This document shows, piece by piece, positions 40,469 through 46,227 of a stretch of 46,227 nucleotides of DNA. The first letter of the stretch is position 1; every line of letters begins with the position of its first letter. This DNA comes from Acutalibacteraceae bacterium. Lineage in GTDB: Bacteria > Bacillota > Clostridia > Oscillospirales > Acutalibacteraceae. The position numbers and the translations under genes are program-made. The notes beneath the pieces were generated by a model that saw only the letters and a list, made by a program, of their open reading frames with translations, was not told the DNA's origin and ran no database searches. The stretch covers positions 1-46,227 of the forward strand of contig JAZSAC010000102.1 in assembly GCA_045601645.1 (NCBI GenBank), in the 5' to 3' direction.

Positions 40469-41689
40469 TTAAATATTCAAATAAGCAAGTTGGTTTTCAC
40501 AAACCGTTAGCATACATCTGCCAAATAATTGAGCGTTTTCAAATGGTGTTGACCTGCCCTTAGATAAAAACTCTTGCGAATCTACGGTAAACTGCTCATC
40601 AAGCTTCCAAACTGTATAATCACCGTCAGTCGCCTCTAAACCAAAACGTTTTCTTGGATTGATGCACATAAGCTCAACCAATTTTTCTAAGGTTATAATA
40701 CCTGTTTTCACAAGATAAGTATACATGACAGGAAAAGCTGTTTCAAGACCCACAACACCAAATGCGCTTTTTTCTAAGCCTTTAGACTTTTCTTCAACGC
40801 TATGGGGTGCATGATCGGTAGCAATCATATCTATAGTACCGTCAAGCAATCCCTCAATCAACGCTTCTCTATCAGCCTTTGAGCGTAAAGGAGGGTTCAT
40901 TTTAAAACGTCCGTCCTCTTGCAAAAAACTATCGTCCATTGTCAAATAGTGCGGAGCTGTTTCACAAGTAATATCAATACCTTCTTTTTTTGCTTTTCGT
41001 ATAATATCTACTGTTTCTTTTGCTGAAACGTGGCAAACATGGTAACTGCAATCGGTATTTTTTAATAATTCAATATCTCGCTTAACAGGTCCCCATTCGC
41101 TTTCACTGCAAATACCCTTATGACCGTTTTTTTGGGCATAATCACCATCATGTATATATCCCCCAAACAACAGCGACTCATCCTCACAGTGTGCGGCAAT
41201 AATCTTTTTAAGTCTTCCGCATTCCTGCATAGCCGTCAGCATCATATCGGCATTTTGAACACCTTTTCCATCATCGGAAAAAGCAACACACATAGATGCT
41301 AAGCCTTTTAAATCGGCAAGTTCTTTTCCCTGCTGTAATTTAGTTATAGCGGCATATGGGTGAACCTTAACAACTGCCTGATTCTTGATAATTTCCAACT
41401 GTTGTCTTAAATTTTCAACACTGTCAGGTACCGGATTCAAATTTGGCATTGAACACACATCACTGAATCCACCGCGTGCCGCAGCCTTAGTACCGGTTTC
41501 AATTGATTCTTTATAAAAAAATCCCGGCTCTCTCAAATGTACATGTACATCACAAAAAGCCGGAAATATAACACAATCAGAAACAAAGACAACAATATTG
41601 CTACCATCAAGAATACTTTTCTCTTCTTTAGCAATTTTGATGAAGCTACCATTAACATATTTAAAGCAGTTTTCAAAAACTATATTCAT
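40469..41689 (-). CDS. pyrC: dihydroorotase
   Basis: 406 aa from ATG 41689 (GGGAGA SD), with DVHVHLREPG and HVCHVS. The track's 442-aa version reads through the leader terminator. Confidence 0.9.
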   Translation of the reverse strand: MNIVFENCFKYVNGSFIKIAKEEKSILDGSNIVVFVSDCVIFPAFCDVHVHLREPGFFYKESIETGTKAAARGGFSDVCSMPNLNPVPDSVENLRQQLEIIKNQAVVKVHPYAAITKLQQGKELADLKGLASMCVAFSDDGKGVQNADMMLTAMQECGRLKKIIAAHCEDESLLFGGYIHDGDYAQKNGHKGICSESEWGPVKRDIELLKNTDCSYHVCHVSAKETVDIIRKAKKEGIDITCETAPHYLTMDDSFLQEDGRFKMNPPLRSKADREALIEGLLDGTIDMIATDHAPHSVEEKSKGLEKSAFGVVGLETAFPVMYTYLVKTGIITLEKLVELMCINPRKRFGLEATDGDYTVWKLDEQFTVDSQEFLSKGRSTPFENAQLFGRCMLTVCENQLAYLNI

Positions 41690-41699
41690 ACTATCTCCC

Positions 41700-41731
41700 A
41701 AAAAAAGCCTTGCCGATACGGCAAGGCTTTT
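41700..41731 (-). terminator. pyr leader attenuator terminator
   Basis: Minus strand reads AAAAGCCUUGCC-GUAUC-GGCAAGGCUUUUUUU, ending about 10 nt before the pyrC SD. A competing upstream CGGCAAG lies at 41784-41790. Confidence 0.7.
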
Positions 41732-41826
41732 AAACATACACAAAATCACAGCCCAAACAGACTGATATGGCGGTATCTTAAATCTTGCCGACGTCACAGC
41801 ATCGTTCTTAAAGATTTATTTTAGTT

Positions 41827-41855
41827 ATACTACCATATTTAATATCATTTGTCAA
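41827..41855 (-). promoter_or_regulatory. sigmaA-type promoter of the pyr operon
   Basis: Minus strand reads TTGACA, 17 nt, TAGTAT with an upstream TG. Confidence 0.5.
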
Positions 41856-41883
41856 TAACAAGTTGACTATTTTAGTAAAAATA

Positions 41884-42855
41884 TTACCTATTTGCCAATG
41901 CCAAAATATCATTAGTAACAGTAGTGGTATATGCACGATTAATAACAACATCGGTTTTCGGTTTATCATTATCATCAACATCAACACGTGCAATGGCATC
42001 AACAACATTCATGCCGAGAAATACCTGACCGAAAACAGTGTGACCTCTATTGTAACGCCAAGCACCGTCAAGATGAATATTACCGCCGTTTTGCTTATAA
42101 AGCTCCCATGCTTCATCGCTGACCTTATCAGCTATAATTGATTGCTGTCCTATATAATTTGTAATATATTCCTTAACATAGCTTTCTGCATTGGGGTAAA
42201 CATCGGTCACCTCTTTGCCTAGTTCGTTTACGGCTTTATTGTACGCATCTGTCAACGCATCTTTATTGCCTGAATATAACTGGTCATAAGCCGATTTAAA
42301 TAAAGCAGTTGCCTCATTCTTCGTTGTTGAGGTTTTAGCTTGATTTATAAAAAATTGACTTCCGTTTGTAGCGGGACCCGCATTAGCCATAGACAATGAA
42401 CCTCTTATATTAAGAAGGTTGGCATTAAATTCATCCTCAAAATCAGTACCCCAAATACTCTCTCCGCCTCTTCCGGTAGCTGTTGGGTCACCACCCTGAA
42501 GCATAAAATCATTAATAACACGGTGGAAAGTAATACCGTTATAATATCCACTCTCAACCAAACCTATAAAATTGGTTACCGTAATCGGTGCGCTTTGTGG
42601 AAAAACGCGAATATAAATCTCACCCATCGTAGTTTCAAACACTACTATTTTTTCATTTATTTTCGGTAATTCCAGCTGAAATCCAACAGCATCATCAGTT
42701 CTGGAACCGTTTTCACCAACTTCAGTAAAAGTCGGCTTTTGCGGTGCATTTGGATTAACACCCACACTACTACTGTTATTATCTGTTTGGACACCACATG
42801 CCGAAAAGCCCAAAACAATTATCATACAAAGAATAACTGATAATACTCTTTTCAT
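41884..42855 (-). CDS. cyclophilin-type peptidyl-prolyl isomerase lipoprotein with a large insertion
   Basis: 323 aa. It has a signal peptide plus lipobox LGFSAC, and the cyclophilin motifs [15 protein letters not shown] and GSQFFI ... HTVFGQV. The last two are separated by about 90 aa. Confidence 0.85.
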   Translation of the reverse strand: MKRVLSVILCMIIVLGFSACGVQTDNNSSSVGVNPNAPQKPTFTEVGENGSRTDDAVGFQLELPKINEKIVVFETTMGEIYIRVFPQSAPITVTNFIGLVESGYYNGITFHRVINDFMLQGGDPTATGRGGESIWGTDFEDEFNANLLNIRGSLSMANAGPATNGSQFFINQAKTSTTKNEATALFKSAYDQLYSGNKDALTDAYNKAVNELGKEVTDVYPNAESYVKEYITNYIGQQSIIADKVSDEAWELYKQNGGNIHLDGAWRYNRGHTVFGQVFLGMNVVDAIARVDVDDNDKPKTDVVINRAYTTTVTNDILALANR

Positions 42856-42865
42856 TTATTTATCC

Positions 42866-43465
42866 TCACATTTCCTTAATATCAATTGATTGGATTATAA
42901 CATCCTCTAAAGGACGGTCACTATTGTTGACCTTAACACCGGCAATTTTTTCAACAATCTCCATACCATCATACACCTGACCGAACACAGTGTGCCTAAA
43001 ATCAAGCCAAGGAGTTCCGCCCAAAGACTCGTATGCCGTAACTGCATTTTCAGGAAAGCCTCTGTCAGAAAGCCCCCTCATTTGTTCAAGCATACCGTCA
43101 GGTAAAGTTGAGGCTTCAACAATAAAAAATTGACTTCCATTAGTACATGGACCTGCATTTGCCATGGAAAGCGCACCTCTGATATTGTGAACATCAGGAT
43201 GAAATTCGTCCTCAAACGGTGTTCCCCAAATACTTTCTCCGCCACAGCCGGTGCCTAATGGATCACCGCCTTGAATCATAAAATCTTTAATAACTCTGTG
43301 AAATATAAGTCCGTTATAATATCCGTTTTTAGAATGTGTTGTAAAATTTTCAACAGTTTTAGGAGCTTGCTCAGGAAAAAGTCTAATAGAAATATCTCCC
43401 ATTGAAGTATGCATTATTGCAATAGTATCACCCTTTTTGGGCATATCAAGTTGATTAAAACTCAT
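42866..43465 (-). CDS. cytoplasmic cyclophilin-type peptidyl-prolyl isomerase
   Basis: 199 aa with [21 protein letters not shown] and HTVFGQV, and no signal peptide. Confidence 0.88.
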   Translation of the reverse strand: MSFNQLDMPKKGDTIAIMHTSMGDISIRLFPEQAPKTVENFTTHSKNGYYNGLIFHRVIKDFMIQGGDPLGTGCGGESIWGTPFEDEFHPDVHNIRGALSMANAGPCTNGSQFFIVEASTLPDGMLEQMRGLSDRGFPENAVTAYESLGGTPWLDFRHTVFGQVYDGMEIVEKIAGVKVNNSDRPLEDVIIQSIDIKEM

Positions 43466-43568
43466 AGAAATATCCCTTTCTTTTTAACAAAAAATTATCT
43501 TTCGCTACCATTTTACTAAAAAAACATCATTTTTACAATAGTAAATATGTAAACATTATATTTTTTTC

Positions 43569-43597
43569 TTGTTAATTTTAAAATAATGTGATACAAT
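43569..43597 (+). promoter_or_regulatory. sigmaA-type promoter for nrdR
   Basis: TTGTTA, 17 nt, TACAAT with an extended -10 TG. Confidence 0.5.
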
Positions 43598-43626
43598 GTG
43601 CTTAACAAATGTTAGGAGTGTGTGCT

Positions 43627-44082
43627 ATGAAATGTCCTTTTTGTTCATATGAAGAAAGCAAGGTTATAGATTCTAGGCCTACCGACGAAGGTGAACGTAT
43701 AAGAAGACGCAGAGAATGTTTGAAATGTCAAAAGCGTTTTACAACATACGAAATTATTGAAAGTCTGCCGATTATGGTTATCAAAAAGGATAAGTCACGT
43801 GAAATTTTCAGTCGTGATAAACTTATCAGCGGTATGCTTCGTGCATGCGAAAAGCGCCCTGTTTCAATTAATGATATAGAAAAGGCCGTTGATGATATTG
43901 AAACAAAGCTTCAAAATTCACTTGATAGTGAGGTCACAAGCGAACGTATAGGTGAACTTGTCATGGATAAGCTTAAGGGCTTAGACGAGGTTGCATATGT
44001 TCGTTTTGCAAGTGTATATCGTCAATTTAAAGATATAAGCACTTTTATGGAAGAACTTAACAAACTTTTAAAAGATAAATAA
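43627..44082 (+). CDS. nrdR: transcriptional repressor NrdR
   Basis: [18 protein letters not shown]...[17 protein letters not shown] zinc ribbon plus an ATP-cone. I place the start at ATG 43627 (AGGAG upstream). Confidence 0.92.
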   Translation: MKCPFCSYEESKVIDSRPTDEGERIRRRRECLKCQKRFTTYEIIESLPIMVIKKDKSREIFSRDKLISGMLRACEKRPVSINDIEKAVDDIETKLQNSLDSEVTSERIGELVMDKLKGLDEVAYVRFASVYRQFKDISTFMEELNKLLKDK

Positions 44083-44091
44083 AAATAAATC

Positions 44092-44120
44092 TTGACAACA
44101 CCTAACTGATATAGTAAAAT
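44092..44120 (+). promoter_or_regulatory. consensus sigmaA promoter for the tRNA gene
   Basis: TTGACA, 17 nt, TAAAAT, 18 nt upstream of the mature tRNA 5' end. Confidence 0.55.
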
Positions 44121-44138
44121 ACATGATGTTGTCAATAT

Positions 44139-44214
44139 GCTGTTATGGCTCAGGTGGTAGAGCACATCCTTGGTAAGGATGAGGTCGGCAGTTCGAGTCT
44201 GCCTAACAGCTCCA
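44139..44214 (+). tRNA. tRNA-Thr (anticodon GGU), CCA encoded
   Basis: The acceptor stem is GCTGTTA/TAACAGC and the anticodon stem is CATCC/GGATG with loop TTGGTAA. The T-arm is GGCAG-TTCGAGT-CTGCC. The gene is 76 nt and ends in TCCA. Confidence 0.9.
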
Positions 44215-44218
44215 AAAA

Positions 44219-44248
44219 GGCACACTCTTATGAGTGTGCCTTTTCTTT
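44219..44248. terminator. bidirectional terminator (tRNA on the plus strand, mgsA on the minus strand)
   Basis: GGCACACUC-UUAU-GAGUGUGCC flanked by AAAAA and UUUUCUUU. Confidence 0.7.
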
Positions 44249-44256
44249 ATCTATTA

Positions 44257-44625
44257 TTATAATATTGCCTTTAAAATACAGTTTGCAGTTGCAACATTAT
44301 TGGCTATAGGAATGTCATAAACCTGTGCAATTCTCAGCAAAGCTTTTACATCAGGGTCATGCGGCATGGCTGTAAGCGGGTCGGAAAAAAATATTATAAT
44401 ATCAATTTCTCCGCTTGCAACCTTAGCTCCTATTTGTTGGTCACCGCCTAACGGACCGCTTAAGTATGATTTGACAGGCAGTTGCGTTGCCTCGGTAATC
44501 TTTTGTGACGTTGTGCCTGTGCCACACAAAAAATGACAGGCTAATACATCTCTATTTTCTTTACACCATTCAATAATCTTCGGTTTCATATTATCATGTG
44601 CAATAAGCGCAATTCTTTTTGCCAT
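44257..44625 (-). CDS. mgsA: methylglyoxal synthase
   Basis: MAKRIALIAHDNMKP with GTGTT, GPLGGDQQIGA and HDPDVKALLR. I place the start at ATG 44625. The track start at 44652 is an over-extension. Confidence 0.9.
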   Translation of the reverse strand: MAKRIALIAHDNMKPKIIEWCKENRDVLACHFLCGTGTTSQKITEATQLPVKSYLSGPLGGDQQIGAKVASGEIDIIIFFSDPLTAMPHDPDVKALLRIAQVYDIPIANNVATANCILKAIL

Positions 44626-44715
44626 ATTTTTCTTCCTCCCTTTTACTGTCATACAAGTATATTATAACTGCTGATTTGTAATTTTTAAAGTGTTTTTTTA
44701 ATTTTATGATTCTAT

Positions 44716-44745
44716 AAAAAATACAGCCGTGCGGCTGTATTTTTT
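44716..44745 (-). terminator. terminator after the sugar transferase gene
   Basis: AUACAGCC, a 4-nt loop, then GGCUGUAU flanked by an A-run and a U-run. Confidence 0.6.
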
Positions 44746-44781
44746 AAATTCAAGCTTAAAACCAAAATTACGTAAAACTTA

Positions 44782-46200
44782 TTATTTTTTATTATTTAAG
44801 TCTCGTATCATTTCATCTCTTAATTTTTCGTTCTCTATACGTTTGTCAATACCCTCTGTGCTTTCCTTTTGAAATAAAATACGAATTGTGGTAAGAATAA
44901 GCTTAATATCTAAAAGCAACGAATAGTTTTCAATATACATAAGGTCCATTCTAAGCTTATCATACGGTGTTGTATTGTATTTCCCGTAAACCTGTGCATA
45001 TCCGGTTAATCCGCCTTTAACCTTCAGTCGGTACTCAAATTCGGGAATATCCTTTTCAAATTCATCAATAAAGCTTCTTCTTTCGGGACGCGGACCAACT
45101 ATACTCATATCGCCTTTTAAAATGTTAATTATCTGCGGAAGCTCATCAATCCTAACGGCCCTTATAAATTTTCCAACCTTTGTAATTCTTGGGTCGCAAC
45201 CGGTAGCAAGCATTGCTTCTCCTTTACTTTCAGCATCAACAATCATGCTTCTGAATTTCAGTATCTTAAATTCTTTATTGTTTCTTGTAATACGGTCTTG
45301 CTTATAAAATACAGGACCGCCGTCCTCAAGCTTTATAGCAAGTGCCACAAGCAACATAATAGGAGAAGTAATAATAATAGCAATAAGTGAACCTATAAAA
45401 TCAATAATTCTTTTAAGAATTCTTTGTGTTATGTTTAAACCTGTACCTTTAACCATAAACAAAGGTGTATCAAAAAGACTCACTGTTTTGCTACCGCTGA
45501 TAATAACATCCGACAGCTTAGGTGCAACATACACACGTTTGTCATTCATATAACAATACTTCAAAATATCATTTCTAATCTGTGCAGGCAAATCGTTTAA
45601 TATTACAGCATCATACTGCATTATCTTTTTACATATTTCCTCATAGCCTTCATCAACCGAAATCAAATCATGAAGGTCATATTTATCTTTTCTTGTGTCT
45701 AATTTGATTTTTAATCCTACTGCAACATCTTTGCCATAAACCATAAGCATTTTATGTGCCGTATAAATACGACGGTTTATTGCAACAAAAACAAATATAA
45801 AAATCACAGAAACAAACATTTCTAATGCTAATAAAGCTAATATCGGTAAGGGATTTATCATTTGGTTTGCAATAAGGCAAAGCTGAAAATACGTAATAAA
45901 ATTAGTAATAAATAAACCTATCCATTTTGCTAAAATCAAATCAGTCCGTCTCAAGTCGGCATATCTAAATCCATCAACGCTTTTAATGAAAATATACAAT
46001 AATACAGCGTAAACACCGATTAATACATATTTTCCGTTATAGAAATAATCAGGAAACACTCCCAAACTGTAATAGCATTGACGCCACACCAGGTAATAAA
46101 GTACCGAAAACACACCTAAAACAATAACGGTTTCAATACCCCTTACTAAGCTTTTTGTATCCTCTCGCTGAAGCCATTTTAAACTTTTCATTTTTCCCAC
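44782..46200 (-). CDS. polyprenyl-phosphate hexose-1-phosphate transferase (WbaP/CpsE/EpsL-type priming glycosyltransferase)
   Basis: 472 aa. The N-terminus has multiple TM helices. The C-terminal bacterial sugar transferase domain carries KFRSM, RIDELPQIINILKGDMSIVGPRP and YIENYSLLLDIKI-like motifs. Confidence 0.85.
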   Translation of the reverse strand: MGKMKSLKWLQREDTKSLVRGIETVIVLGVFSVLYYLVWRQCYYSLGVFPDYFYNGKYVLIGVYAVLLYIFIKSVDGFRYADLRRTDLILAKWIGLFITNFITYFQLCLIANQMINPLPILALLALEMFVSVIFIFVFVAINRRIYTAHKMLMVYGKDVAVGLKIKLDTRKDKYDLHDLISVDEGYEEICKKIMQYDAVILNDLPAQIRNDILKYCYMNDKRVYVAPKLSDVIISGSKTVSLFDTPLFMVKGTGLNITQRILKRIIDFIGSLIAIIITSPIMLLVALAIKLEDGGPVFYKQDRITRNNKEFKILKFRSMIVDAESKGEAMLATGCDPRITKVGKFIRAVRIDELPQIINILKGDMSIVGPRPERRSFIDEFEKDIPEFEYRLKVKGGLTGYAQVYGKYNTTPYDKLRMDLMYIENYSLLLDIKLILTTIRILFQKESTEGIDKRIENEKLRDEMIRDLNNKK

Positions 46201-46227
46201 CCTAAATTTTCTTTAAAGCGCCATATT

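Noticed and set aside
41690-41797. 36-codon N-terminal extension of pyrC starting at a GTG
   Set aside because: It reads straight through the intrinsic terminator and has no SD. The conserved DHOase sequence begins at MNIVFEN with its own SD.
43466-43608. NrdR box upstream of nrdR (ACAATAGTAAATATGT)
   Set aside because: It is only weakly palindromic (about 5 of 8 half-site positions), is present as a single copy, and occurs in very AT-rich DNA. That is not enough to call.
44022-44225. 67-aa minus-strand ORF
   Set aside because: It is antisense to the tRNA-Thr gene and its promoter, so it is not credible as a protein.
46201-46227. Possible 3' end of another minus-strand gene (stop at about 46213)
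   Set aside because: Only four codons are visible, so it cannot support a feature call.
1-46227. Search for CRISPR arrays, IS/transposase genes, integrases, phage genes, toxin-antitoxin pairs or defence-system signatures
   Set aside because: None were seen. Every ORF longer than 80 aa that is not a shadow ORF has a confident housekeeping or transporter assignment, except the lipoprotein and the KOW protein.

Overview
This 46.2-kb window is a chromosomal segment from a low-GC Gram-positive anaerobe. It looks Clostridia-like, inferred from the SCIFF locus, the gene order and the zinc-type ribosomal proteins. I cannot confirm the taxon without a database search. Almost everything is housekeeping and lies on the minus strand.

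Left to right, the window contains:
- a truncated SulP permease, ddh, an Mrp/NBP35 ATPase and an orphan lipoprotein
- a plus-strand gltX-glnS-nif3 block
- a SCIFF ranthipeptide locus (48-aa precursor, radical-SAM maturase and a coupled PLP-fold decarboxylase-family gene)
- a four-gene BMP-family nucleoside-type ABC importer preceded by a purine-riboswitch-like leader
- the complete S10-spc-alpha ribosomal cluster (rpsJ through rplQ, including secY, adk, map, infA and rpoA)
- an eight-gene pyrimidine operon (pyrC-carB-pyrK-pyrD-pyrF-pyrE-pyrB-pyrI) with a terminator/antiterminator leader
- two tandem cyclophilins, nrdR, a solitary tRNA-Thr(GGU), mgsA and a priming sugar-phosphate transferase at the right edge

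Three real genes shorter than 60 aa are absent from the ORF track: the SCIFF precursor, rpmD and rpmJ. Several track ORFs have N-terminal over-extensions, which I corrected using Shine-Dalgarno (SD) spacing.

I found no mobile elements, CRISPR arrays, defence islands or large repeats. The most interesting signals are cis-regulatory RNAs (a variant purine riboswitch, a long structured S10 leader and a pyr attenuator without a PyrR box) and the SCIFF locus. I found no convincing wholly undescribed multi-gene system.
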